A DNA stretch of 64,000 nucleotides, from the NCBI GenBank assembly GCA_977016875.1, contig CDRNST010000129.1:496001-560000 (forward strand). The letters are read 5' to 3'. Both the position numbers and the translations under genes were made by a program. Shown here piece by piece: positions 1 through 11,878 of this stretch (the stretch's first letter is position 1; the number at the start of each line of letters is the position of its first letter). The stretch is from Pavona decussata (taxonomy: Eukaryota). The notes under the pieces were generated by a model. The model saw only the letters and a program-made list of their open reading frames with translations, was not told the origin of the DNA and did no database searches.

Positions 1-3000
1 AATTCCTCTTGTTTTGAGTAAACTCAGTGTATTCCATTCGTTCACTTCATTCTCCTACCAGAGACCAGAATACAGTATTCAGAATTCAGTAGTAATGGCT
101 GATTAGGAATACTATTCTGTTGATAAATACCATCTATTCTATGTATTCCTATTGCGGAATAGTCCAAAAATAACGCGCCCAGAAATTTCCACTCTAGTTC
201 CAATCTCCCATCCGCTATGCTTCAAAACAAACTCACGATGTCAAGAGAGGATGAGGACGATGTACAGTATTTTTATTTTAGTGTCTTCACAAAACAGAAT
301 ATAATAACCTCTAAGTAACGGCGCGTCGAAATTTGAAAAGAAAACAAGATGGAAACTGAAATGCAAAAATTAGCTTCACCGAAGTCTGTATGAAGAAAAG
401 CGATTTAAAAGCATCAAATAATATAGATCATAAACTATTGTCAGTAAATATTAAATTGTACATTTTACAGATTTTCATGATTCCATTAAGGCTGTAGACC
501 CGCATAAGGTAACGGTATAACAATATCCCCACCCCATCCCCTAAAGTAAAAAAGTGAAGAGATTACGAGTATCGATTCCATTATGGAATGAAATAAAATG
601 CGACAAGCTTTCCAAGAAAAAAATTCGTTATCAAGCCATCGAAACACCTCTAGATTACTAATTTTTTTCGTAACTGAGAAAGCTAACTGACATACGTTGT
701 TCTTAATTTATGCTAAAATTTTAAAACACTCGTAAATTATGTCTACAGTAACATACAATATAACCAGCTGCAGTTCAATAAAATCCCTAGTTTGGTAAAT
801 ATTACTTTTTGATGAGTCAAGTATATCAAAACTAAATAATAGTCGACTAAAACCGGACGCCAGGATCGAAAATGCGACTGTTCGAAATTAAGGACGGAAC
901 TTTGGAAAAGCTGCAATTTTTACACAGTTCAACAATTTGGTGCGGTGAAGTATGTTCAATGTTATCACTCATGGTGATTTGCAACTAAATTCAAAGATAA
1001 TTGTATCGACATGGGGTAAACAAAGCCGGCAATAAACTGCAGCGGCGACAAGTATGGAAAATGAAAAATGGATCCGAAGTATTCCAGGAATATTTGAAAT
1101 CTTTAAAAGCCCCTAATTTTAGTTTTAAGACACAAAACCGAAAAGTTTACTTTTAAAAAAAAATTAGAGAGATGTAGCTTTGCTGAATACGTGAAATCGC
1201 GTTTTCAGATAATTTCCATGCAATTTGTGTATAACATTTTTCCTGTTATTCTGTGCGGGCTTTGATGGTTTTAATGTGTGGAAACTGAACACTTTCTAAA
1301 ACAGCTGTCTCGGCCTCAATTTGAAAGAAAAGTCTTATTAAGCTGTGGCCGATTTTAACGTAAAAATAGTCTATTAAAACATGGCCAACTGATGGTACAA
1401 TAAAAAGTTTACAAAACACATTCTTTACTTACCATATAATGGTTTCTGAGTCTGAAGCTCTTCCGGCACGCCGAGAGTTTACAATGTTAATTATGAAGTT
1501 TTTTGTGAGGTGAAGTATATTTTGAAATCGTTCACCATTCAATTCGATGACAACTTTGAAAATAGAAAATATTTATGGGAAAGAAAACTGCAGAAGAATG
1601 GGAACCATTTATCAACCTTGTTTAGGTCTCGTCTATAAGCTGAAATTATAGCTTGAAAATGTTTAGTCTGATTAAGTTCACTGAATAGAAATTTAGAAAT
1701 ATCATACAAGTTTAACGACGTCTAGGTGCATGGTGTTTTATTTATTAACCAATTAGATTTATGCAATTCATAAGTTATAAATGATATTTTGTTTCAAAAT
1801 AACAATTTAATTGTCGGTGATTTGTTTTGGTAGGAGTGCATTTGGCGCCGGAAAATGTGTGCTAGAATCGATCTGAGCGAAAAGCAATTCTACGGTTGAC
1901 ATACCTATAAAAAGAGTTTTAAAAGAAATTGTTTTTTTACGTCTTCTTGATTTGTTGATGTGGTTTCTCACTGCGCTAGAAAACTCGCGCTGAAGACGAA
2001 AAAATATACACATCGATCAAAATTTGACTTAGTAAGTAAGGAGAAAAAAGTGACAATAATTCAGAAGTGAGAAAAACATTTTTGTAGTCCCCAGTAATGT
2101 GAAACATTTCAATCTGATGATAAATCAGTTGTTTTATTTATGAAGTTGGAAGTTTTTAGCACCCAGCAAGGAGAAACATTTCAACCTGATGAAAAATCAG
2201 TTATTTTTTTCATATAAGGCTGTGAGGACTTTACGCTTACTTTTGTTTTAAGTGAAAACAGACCCCTGTAATTCATAAAATACCTTGCTGTTTTAAACTG
2301 GCAGAAGATTAAGGAAACATTTCTGTGGAAACTACGTTTTCCCCGAATGTTTCTACCATTTTAAATCGCCGGGACAAAGCACTTACCCCGTGAGAGAAGC
2401 ATTTGCGCTTCCAAGGACCAAAAATGTCCGTGGAACATTTCAACAATTTTCTTCTCAAAATTTTTTCTTTTTGTTCACAAGAGGCTCACTAAGCAACCCT
2501 CAAAATGGGGTCAGTCTTGAAGTAGCTAAATAAAGAGCTGTTATGGGAAATAATTAATGTTTCAAAAACTACATTTAACTTGCTTAGCCATTCTTTGACA
2601 GGTGCTCAGACAGTGAACTGCAATGCATTTGGTAACATGAAAATAATATATTCTCTAAAAGACCGGTGCTTGCTTTTGCTACTGTGCATACCTTCGGCGC
2701 ATCTCTCGATGGTTCGAGAACGACGGTAACCTAGCAGTAACCAAGTAGACTCCAACACAGGCTATAACGATGGTGTAATACAAAGGCTTTTTTGCTACCG
2801 GAACTCCTAAACTGATAAGGGGTAAACACGCATTTTCACAACTAATTAAGCTTCAATTTGAAATATTATTAACGTATTTCAAAGCTTCTTAGAATTATTG
2901 CTGGTTAATTATCTCTCAAAAATGCGTGGTTGCTCCCAATTCAGTTCTTTTTGGGTTGCAATTGCCCTCGCTAAGAACTGCTTTTCGCATATAGTCATAA

Positions 3001-3129
3001 ATTAAACGGTGCAAAAATAACCCTGTATTAAGAGGTACCGTCATTGAATGTATGACTAACGTTGCAAAACGCTTTTTCACCTGGATGAAAAACACTCAAG
3101 AATTTTCAATTTATTAGTTACGGTTCGCT

Positions 3130-3270
3130 CTGAAGAAGGCCTAACGCTCGAAACGTCATCAGTCGAATCTCTTTACAGTGGCCAGTTTACCTTTAGTTAT
3201 CAACTCTGTTGATAAACCAAACATTCGTTTCTACTCTTCCACTGACGTAGGACCACAGGTTCTTTAGAAC
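3130..3270 (+). repeat. Penelope-associated repeat with minimal hammerhead-ribozyme-like core
   Basis: CTGAAGA-aggcctaacgctc-GAAACGTC at 3130-3157 fits the CUGANGA...GAAA core; the stem II pairing is degenerate. Confidence 0.5.
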
Positions 3271-4539
3271 CTAACCTCTGTACTTTCTAGTTTCAGGTAG
3301 CTTCTTTTCAAACAAGACTGTGCAAGCCTTTTTGACAATTACCGTTGACAATTTCTTTGGTTTTAATTTTGTTAGTAGACAATGCCCCATTTCTTGTCCA
3401 ATTTTCAAGCAAGATACCCTTTAAAATTAAAATTATAAATTGGAAATGCTAAAGACGTACCATAAACTGCGAAGAACCTTGTTAGGCTGGAATAGTCCCT
3501 ATGAAGGCTTCAGTGCGAATTACAATTTCGCGTTCAATCATATATAACGGTGAAAAGACTTAAAATATTAATTCAATTTGTATCCCTTGTCTATGAAATG
3601 AAAACCACAACAGAAGGAACAAAGGCATTGAAATTATCTGAGATTCATTGGGCAGGTTTTCTCGCCCTTCTGGGTGAGACATTTGTCACGAAATGCTTTT
3701 CAACCTAACACACTATAATCAGTGAAAATCCTAAACGTTTCTGGTTTCAGCGGCCTTGGTGAGGCCTGTTTTAGTTTAAATCCGGAAATCGGAATGGAAC
3801 ACTTAGGGGAACAATTGTTCAGGTTCGCTCATGGGAAAAAATTCAGTTCGGTTTACCGAGGAGAAAAGTGATGACGCGATCAATTTTGGTGCGAAATTGA
3901 GCGAGCAAGAGTATTAAATTGCTCTCGAAACAAATTAAATCGCTCTCGTTTCCTGTGGTTATAAATTTATAAATTCTTATATCCTCAGCGTATCTTTTAA
4001 TTTACTTACACAACTACAAGGTTTTGATCTAGAATTGCAAAAAAGGCCTAATGAGTTCTGCCAATAACATGATGCAAAAAAAAGCCGATGTGTGAGAGTA
4101 AAGCCCACAAAATTAACAATTCTATAATTGAGGTGCTAAAACTGTTTCGCCGCTTGGTAACTCGATTTATATCAACCACTATTCACGTCCACTTCGAATA
4201 GGTGTTAAATGTTCGTACTCGATTCGCGCGTTATTCGAAGACTGCTAACTGGAGTGAAGTGATGCACAGCTGTTACAAGTAGTCTCGGGGCGGGTGGGGG
4301 TGGGGGGAGATGGGGTGCTTCGCCCCGAGTTCCAAACCCTTACCCTTTCTTATATACCATTTTAGTGTTTAGAGAGAAAAGGTAACTGTTTCATTAACGT
4401 TCCACAGTAAATGACACTTCTTTCACGTACCTTCAGAAGAAACGCTGCATCCCTTTTTTCTTGGAATTAAATTTCTTAGAGGCACTTTAACCTAAATGAC
4501 AGTTTGTTCTTCAGCTCGTGAAATCCCTGCTCTGGTATA

Positions 4540-4787
4540 CAGCTGCTTCGACAAAGGTTGTCCAAAACAAAAAAAAGCCAAAATGCGTACGCAACAATGC
4601 CGAAAGGTAGTCTGGGAAATACTCAATAAATTTCAATAAAGGTTCAGAATCCATAATGTCTTGAGATGGCGGGCAATATGGATTCTGAGCTTTTATAAAA
4701 ATTTATTGAGTATTTCCCAGAGTACCTTCAAGCACTGTTGAGCACGCTTTCAAGCTTTTTTTTAGACAACCTTTGTCGAAACAGCTG
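4540..4787. mobile_element. Fold-back MITE, TA target (Tc1/mariner-like)
   Basis: ta|cagctgcttcgacaaaggttgtc ... gacaacctttgtcgaaacagctg|ta; inner arms tctgggaaatactcaataaattt / aaatttattgagtatttcccaga. Confidence 0.75.
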
Positions 4788-4870
4788 TATACCTCCAGCC
4801 CGAAAAAGTTATCCCCTTAGGGCGGAACCTTCTCATATAGTCCATTATAGGGTGTGTAGTAAAAAGACTA

Positions 4871-5236
4871 GGGAGCTTAAGCAACGACGACGGAGATGAC
4901 AACGACAACGCCGCAAAACAATAGGTTTAATGAGTAAGAACAATCGCTTTGCACGTGCGTTTTACATTTTGGTACATTTCTTTGCCGTCCTCTGCAAAAC
5001 AACAACGTGAAATGACCACATTTAAGGTTTTGAGGAGAACGTGAACGCACGACGGTGAATTTTTCATTTTCTCTCTTACTTTGTACGCCACTCCTGCCAA
5101 TTTGGTTCCTGAATAGTTCGCCATTTTTGTTAAAGTTGAGCGAGTTGAAATAATCGCGAAGTAGCACAAATGAAATAAAGATATATTTTCGGATGACGTT
5201 TTCGTTGCCGTTGCCGTCGTCGTTACTTAAGCTCCC
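4871..5236. mobile_element. MITE (PIF/Harbinger-like)
   Basis: TIRs gggagcttaagcaacgacgacgg / ccgtcgtcgttacttaagctccc; flanks cta/tta. Confidence 0.8.
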
Positions 5237-5259
5237 TTACTGAAAGATGGAGTACTTAC

Positions 5260-5360
5260 GTTTCTCTACAGTGATGGTGACTGGGTCATAGTCAGGAGGC
5301 GGAGTAATCTTCTTCAAGGAGCACAACTGAACCGAGTGACATTTCACACAGAAGCAATAG
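5260..5360 (-). CDS. Exon 3 of a spliced MANSC/MANEC-like Cys-domain protein gene
   Basis: TTTTTAG acceptor and GTAAGT donor on the minus strand; the only open frame reads YCFCVKCHSVQLCSLKKITPPPDYDPVTITVEK and matches the phase-2 donor of exon 2. Confidence 0.8.
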
Positions 5361-5532
5361 CTAAAAACAACAATACATGTAAAAACTGTACATTATGCTG
5401 TTCCTGAATTTCTATATTTATATACTTTTTTACAATCTCGGTTCCTTGATTGACATTTTAGTGTTTTGAATTTTGGATAGTGTCCTCACTTAGTGGTGTG
5501 CAACTGCTATATTTTATTGACACTTCAAGAAA

Positions 5533-5557
5533 GTTATTATTATTATTATTATTGTTA

Positions 5558-5592
<35 letters not shown>
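5533..5592. repeat. (TTA/TTG)n microsatellite
   Basis: Run of tta with a few ttg units. Confidence 0.9.
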
Positions 5593-5767
5593 TAAAATAT
5601 TCTTATAATGAGGGTCATCAGTGGAAATTGATCTTTTATCTTCTGAACCAAACCAATATGAATTAGCTTTTATATATGAGTTGTTGATATTTTACAATTT
5701 TATGACAGCAAACTGAAAAATCACTCAGGTTTTGATAGAATCGAACTGTATCTAGAAGATTTTATTC

Positions 5768-5900
5768 NNNNNNNNNNNNNNNNNNNNNNNNNNNNNNNNN
5801 NNNNNNNNNNNNNNNNNNNNNNNNNNNNNNNNNNNNNNNNNNNNNNNNNNNNNNNNNNNNNNNNNNNNNNNNNNNNNNNNNNNNNNNNNNNNNNNNNNNN
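5768..5900. other. Assembly gap (N run)
   Basis: Ns, adjacent to a satellite. Confidence 0.99.
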
Positions 5901-5959
5901 AACGAAAGGAAATGAAAGAACGCAATGAATGTTGCTGGAATCTTTGATTGGTAAATTGG

Positions 5960-6355
5960 AAGAAGTCTGTCAATGAATCATTCAAATGAACGCTACTGAG
6001 CAAAAATTTCCGGTGGTGCAGTTTACCATATTATGCCTTGCAAGGTGGTTCTAACGTTTGAGTCTGTGGTTGTAATCCTGAAGTGTGTCCATTCAAATGA
6101 AAGCTACTGAGCAGTACTTTCCTGTGGTGCTGTTTATTATGCTGTACGAGGTGTTGCTAACTTTGAGTCTGCGGATGACCAAGAGCCATTGATTATGGGC
6201 AGTACTTCCTCGTTCCTCGTGGTGCTGTTCTTTATACCCTGATTATTCTGTACGAAAAAGTTCTAATTTTTGAGCCAGTGGGGCGAAGTGCAATCCTATC
6301 TGTTGACGATTCAGATAAAAGCTAACGCTAGCCGTACTCTTCTGGCACTGTTTAG
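5960..6355. repeat. Degenerate ~110-bp tandem satellite
   Basis: Units of the type atgaaagctactgagcagtactttcctgtggtgctgttt recur at about 5987, 6098, 6195 and 6316. Confidence 0.75.
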
Positions 6356-6894
6356 ATTTCATTCCGTTTTAATACTGGATTAAGCGCGAGCGAACGACCC
6401 TGGAACCGTCTCAGCAGCAGGCTAGTGTAGCAGTTAGTCCCTTACAGACACAGCCCAAGTCCCACTGCCCGTCATGGGGACAATTTCTTTGTAGTTAAGG
6501 CTGCTTTGCAATGCAGCCTTAAAGATACTATTACATATAAAATATGTTTTTAGCCTTTTCGGGAGTGCCGAAGCAGACAGTACCAAAGAAATGCGTTTAA
6601 ATCCACTAATATTTCTAGTAGACTGTAAGATAATTGTTTTTAATGGCCAATCGATAGCTTTAAACCTCATCACTTCTCTCTCCTTTTACAAATTTTTTTT
6701 TGGATCTCAGTTTATTGTTTCTGAATTAGAAACAGGCTGTCACTATTTAGTCGCATTTCCGCATTTCAAAAACTCCGAATACCATTTGCGTCCCCACCTC
6801 GAAAGGTGGCAGTCCCCGTGCACGTCTTCGTATTGTGTCTACGTCCCCGATTTCGCGCCCCCGCGTCCTCGTCCATATGAGCCCGCACCCTCAC

Positions 6895-7093
6895 CTGTTC
6901 AGCAGAAACACTACATCAGTATCCGGGCTTTTACAGCAATGTTCTGTGCATCTATCATGTGTCATGTGACCCTCATCGCTTGGTTCCCAAGGCGTGTAAT
7001 TGCCAGCCTTCAAGCCACCACTCAGTATCACGTTATCATGCGTAGCGCTTTTGAAACAGAAAGAAACATCCTTTGCGTGGACAGTGAAAGAAA
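6895..7093 (-). CDS. Exon 2 of MANSC/MANEC-like protein gene
   Basis: TTGTTTTAG acceptor, CAG|GTGAGG donor; reads SFTVHAKDVSFCFKSATHDNVILSGGLKAGNYTPWEPSDEGHMTHDRCTEHCCKSPDTDVVFLLN; phase 1 in, phase 2 out. Confidence 0.8.
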
Positions 7094-8037
7094 CTAAAAC
7101 AATGAATTAAGACAATTTTAATTAAGTTTTGCCCATCTCGTCCTTGAAAGTGATTGTGAACTGTCAGAGTTGTGGAGGAGCGCAGGGTCATTTCCCCGAA
7201 CAGCGGCTGGTAGTCGAGCCTATCAGAGATTAGCAATGTCGGTGAGGAAAGATTGCGTGACGATTGCGTGACGAGCCAAAAGAGCGACTGTGAGGGAGAC
7301 GAATCAAAGATAAGTCCACCACCAAATCAAATTACTTAAAAAAAAAAAAAAAGAAAGATACTTGGGGATAACATAACACAAATGGTACATAAACCATTTT
7401 CAACAATCTCAACTGGTAGAAGGCTTATCATTTGGCTTTTCTGGTTTAATTCAACCTCCCCTCCCCTCAAGAGTTCCTATCGGTCCGCCTCCAGGCCATC
7501 TCTTATTTACAACATATTCGGAATAATCCGAAATCAGAATTTCTTTCCAGAATTTTGAAAAAGCCGAATAACACTCCTCTCCCCCTAAAAACAAAGATCA
7601 ATGACGAATTTGCGCGCAAATAAAAAAAGCGCCATTTTCCGTCATTGAGGTATGGGGGTAAAAAGGTTATTGCTTAGAAGCGCATAAGGGAAAGGGGGGG
7701 GGGGGGGAAGGGGTGAGTTGAGAAGTGAAACATCTGATTTTTCATTGCTACTGGATCTTCAAAATCTAGCGAACACAACCTTTAATAGCTACTGTGAAGC
7801 TCAAAAAGGCATTGCAACCCTATGGAGGCGTGATATTTGTTTACAATGATTGAAACTGCTTTCTCAACTGTCCGGCAGCACTGTAGCGTCTCCGCCTAGA
7901 CGGATCAACGTGTGCTATGTTTTCCACTAATCATTGTTAAAAGAGAAAATCCTTTCTCAATTGTTTGGTATCTTGAAAGTCCTTGATCAGACTAGGGATA
8001 GAAAAATAAATAATCCGAAGCAATGCCCTTCACTCAC

Positions 8038-8110
8038 CATCGTGTACAAAGTTCAGCAATATCCATAACAACACGGATCGCTTTCGCTGCTTTTGCCTAT
8101 CTCCAAACAT
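8038..8110 (-). CDS. Exon 1 (signal-peptide-like) of MANSC/MANEC-like protein gene
   Basis: MFGDRQKQRKRSVLLWILLNFVHD then G|GTGAGT phase-1 donor, compatible with exon 2. Confidence 0.7.
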
Positions 8111-8334
8111 GATCCAACCAACCTCATACAAATCTTCACTTTTGGCACAAAATAGCGTTTGAATTTTGCACGCAAAACGCTTCAGAATCCCCAGACTCTG
8201 CGATTTTGACTAGTGTAATGTAGAATGTTGTCAGAGAGAGCAAACGTATATCATGTGTATAATGTTACACATTCAAACGATAGGGTTACCTATCATCTGG
8301 CCAAAACAAACCCTGTCTCCCGCCAAGCTTCGTA

Positions 8335-8428
8335 TAGCCTCCCACGCAGCGCAGACGTTCTTAGGGGTTCGTCACGCGTTCCTCCAGAATGCGTGACGAA
8401 CCCCTAAGAACGTCTGCGTGAGAGGCTA
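8335..8428. mobile_element. Short hairpin MITE (TAGCCT...AGGCTA)
   Basis: Near-perfect palindrome; 9-bp imperfect TSD agcttcgta/agcttcgca. Confidence 0.75.
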
Positions 8429-9645
8429 AGCTTCGCACGGTTTGAAAATTGACCATCCGCTGTGGGTATTTTCTTCGAAATTCGGTCGCATAACGTGGCA
8501 CTTCTTTAGGTATTTAAGACTGCGAGTGGTCCTTTTTTTTTTCAGAGATAGCGGGGTGCATACACTACACCACTTGTAGGTCTCTTTATATTTTTCTCCA
8601 GGACAGAAGAGCGAGTGAATCGAAGCAAAACAAGCAAGCGAGCGGCTTCTGCAAGCAAACCAGACTCGTGAGGGTTTTTGACTTGCTAGAAACCTGGGGT
8701 GCTCTGGTGTGGGTATCAACTATCTGTTGGTGTTTTTAAAATCATTTTCTTTCTTTTATCTCTTCTTCAAACCTCTAAAAATTCCATTCAAATTCACGTT
8801 TACCCCCACCTTAAGAAAAGATTTTACAGATATCTTATTCTACTTCTACTTATAGCGACGTCCATTCAGTTAAATCAATTTTCATTCAGTTTCCGTACAG
8901 CCATTTTGTTTTGTTTTCTTTTTTTATTCAGTTACAACTATGCCGGTTTTTCTATCTGACACTAAATAATTTTTCTGTACATAGGCCTCTTTTCTCGGTT
9001 CTTAACATTCACAAACTCAAATTTATTAAGAGGGACAATTATGATTTTCTAGTCTTTCTGAAACTTACTGTGAAACTTGGTACTGTAATTTAATTCCAAA
9101 TGTGAACCCCTCTGAAAAAATCCCACCCAAACATAAGCCCCAAATTTCAAAATATGATTAAATTACAGCAAGCTCTAATTTAAATTTCATGGGTACTCTA
9201 AGCACAAGGCACCTAAAATAGCAGATAATATCCAGATCAAATTGGAATTTGAAATAAACCTTACGCTTAACCCTGACATTTGGTGATTAGATTTATAACC
9301 ATTCTTTTTTTTAAATTACAGCAAAACAAAAGCAAATGCAAAATACCTTTAATACTAATTTGAAAACTTCTCCGAAGGCCTAACCCTAAAAACTAACTCT
9401 GGCATCAGTCGACTTTTTTTTAGAAAATTACTGAGCGTAGTAGAGCAAAACAAAAGCAAATGCAAAATTACTTTCGATGCTAATGTGAAAAATGCTGTCA
9501 ATGCTTATAATGGCAGATATCATTACATGTAAGTACATGTAAGTTACTGTTTTCAGATTTTGTTCATATCTTTTTGTATTCATCTTGTGATTTCCTGTAT
9601 GTGAAACTAGACTTTCGTTTTATGGAAAGGCTTGCCTTTGTTGGA

Positions 9646-10959
9646 TTACACAGTGAATAATAATTCAGGGAATTGCCTACGAAGCGCATTTGTTCCTTTC
9701 CCACCCTCACAATCTGTAAATGTAAATGTTACACCTGAACATGTAACAGAGCGCACACCTTTGTCTCCGCACGTCCTCGCATTCCCTGTAGGGTCGGTTA
9801 TTTTAGCTTGTAAGTGGTACACAGCGTTTTTCTTAATAACAATTGGTGCGTCAAAGATGACGGTAAAACCATAGTAGCTAAACAATTCAAGCGTATATAG
9901 CGATGAAGAAAATTGTCCGCTTTTGGAAACCAATTTCCTCGCGCTTTCCTTTACCTCCAGGTCTACATCAATTGTGGTGTTTTCAATACCAAAAATGCCA
10001 ATTCCATGCAAGAAAATATCTTTGTTTACAGAAAAATTAATGCAGTTAACATAAGTCGTCAATAAACTATCGAATTGGACTACCGAATTGAATCTATGAC
10101 ATCGTTGAACTGACAACAGAGAGCCACAACGTTTGATTTCTGAAAATCCCACAGGAGATGTTAACACTGAACTTAAGTATTTGACAATTTCGACGATTTC
10201 TTCTGTCATTAAAATTCCACTGTTCAACACAACACTGGCGAAGTCTTCTAGTTTCATTGTTGGAAAACGTATTCCTTTCACTATTTGCTCTCCAAGAATT
10301 CTTCTTTTAGCTTTTCCGTCCGCTTCTACTAAGCCTTGCCGCCGACATTCCTTTGTGGCCCACAATTCCACAGCTTTAAACAGTTCTATTTCCGCAATCA
10401 GCAGGGTATCTCTTGCAACCATAGCCTCAAGTAAGGACCTGTCGATTGTCACAAATCCATCCGATTTCACAGCCGCATTGGTTTGTTCATCGATCAGTTT
10501 CCAGCACTGATCTACCAGGTTTTTCTCTTCGTATTTCTGCGCAGATGGTAAAACACTGAAAACATTTGATGGATCTAAATTTTCTTGTAAATATTCCGTG
10601 CATTTATCAACGAGTGAAGGCACCATGTATTTCTTCGCCAAATACAACACCGCCATCACATTATTTCCGCTCAAATTCACTTCATCGCTGTACATGTAAC
10701 GAAATAACTCCAACAGACTCTGGTACTCACAGTCAGGCAGTTCAATAGAGTCTCTAGTCTCCGCTAGCTCACCGTAAAACATGGCTTCAAACACAGGACT
10801 GCCAATCGACAGCACAAACTTGTGAGCTGGAATCACTTGCTTACTTTCACTTTCTCCATCGCTCTTACGAACCACAAACTTCACATCGCTGAAGAGATCG
10901 TTGTTGAGCATAAACTTGGTTCTTTCTCTGATGGTTGGTTTCGTTGTCTGCCAGTTCAT
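9646..10959 (-). CDS. BTBD6-like: BTB/POZ-BACK-PHR protein, copy 1 (437 aa, intact)
   Basis: SDVKFVV, IPAHKFVLSIGSPVFEAMFYG, BACK region (EIELFKAVELWA, IRFPTM), PHR (RCHRF...QFPELLF). Confidence 0.93.
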   Translation of the reverse strand: MNWQTTKPTIRERTKFMLNNDLFSDVKFVVRKSDGESESKQVIPAHKFVLSIGSPVFEAMFYGELAETRDSIELPDCEYQSLLELFRYMYSDEVNLSGNNVMAVLYLAKKYMVPSLVDKCTEYLQENLDPSNVFSVLPSAQKYEEKNLVDQCWKLIDEQTNAAVKSDGFVTIDRSLLEAMVARDTLLIAEIELFKAVELWATKECRRQGLVEADGKAKRRILGEQIVKGIRFPTMKLEDFASVVLNSGILMTEEIVEIVKYLSSVLTSPVGFSEIKRCGSLLSVQRCHRFNSVVQFDSLLTTYVNCINFSVNKDIFLHGIGIFGIENTTIDVDLEVKESARKLVSKSGQFSSSLYTLELFSYYGFTVIFDAPIVIKKNAVYHLQAKITDPTGNARTCGDKGVRSVTCSGVTFTFTDCEGGKGTNALRRQFPELLFTV

Positions 10960-11878
10960 TTTGGTCTACGATTTGGCTTCAGAACCCGAAAGCGGCGCAC
11001 TCTAATCGGAAATTTTAAGCAATGCTTTAGGAAACCTGACACGGAATATTAAAGCTTGCAACTTATCGCTTATGCAAACAGCGGCGACACAAAATAACTT
11101 CCGTATAGAATTACCATAGAACTTACTTAGCGTGACCGTGATTAAAATAGATTCAGTCATGCAGTCAGGTGTGACTGAAAGCAGAAAGTGTACACTACTC
11201 CACCGTGCGAAGGTCTCCTATTTTCCTCCGGGATAAAAAACGAACGAAAAAAGAAAGCAAGCGTGAAAATCGCCTTCTGTGAGGAAACCAGACTCGTGAG
11301 GGGTTTCAACATTTAACTCGATCAGCCTTTAAAACAGTTTTTATAGATATCTTATTCTACCTCTACTTATAGTGACGTCCCTTCAGTTTTAAAAATATCA
11401 TTGTGAATTTCATGAGAACTATTGTTAAATCAATTTTCATACAGTTCCCATATAGCCATTCTGTTTGATTTCCTTTTCTTTATTTTTCAACCATGCCGGT
11501 TTCAACAGCAAACTGTTTCCTATCTGAAACTAAATAATTTTTCTGTACATGAGCCTCTTTTCTGTCACTTAATCTTCTAAAATTCAGAATTATTCAGTGA
11601 AATAATTATGATTTTCCAGTGTTTCTGAAACTTACTGTAAGACTTGGTACCGTAAAATTCCCAATGGGAGCCCCTCCGAGAAAATCCCACCCAAACATAA
11701 GCCCTAAATTTCAAAATATGATTCAAATACAACAAGCTCTATGATAGTGCCCCTTTAAGCTAATACTTGACTGTTTCACGTTGTTTTAAGCTCTTTTGAT
11801 GATCAAGCCAAAACAATTTTGTAAAAAACATTTTCATCAACAATATAAGCCCAGCTTTCCCCACATTTTAAGGTTTAG

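Noticed and set aside
1430-3570. Further candidate minus-strand exons (donors near 1432, 2283, 3460)
   Set aside because: No convincing reading frame or similarity; cannot be linked to the MANSC-like gene without transcripts
4877-5169. Two minus-strand ORFs
   Set aside because: Lie entirely inside a MITE
6591-7097. 168-aa plus-strand ORF
   Set aside because: Antisense to the real minus-strand exon; no recognisable motifs
11007-11018. GGAAATTTT upstream of most ATGs as an NF-kB site
   Set aside because: Poor consensus match; recurrence is explained by duplication
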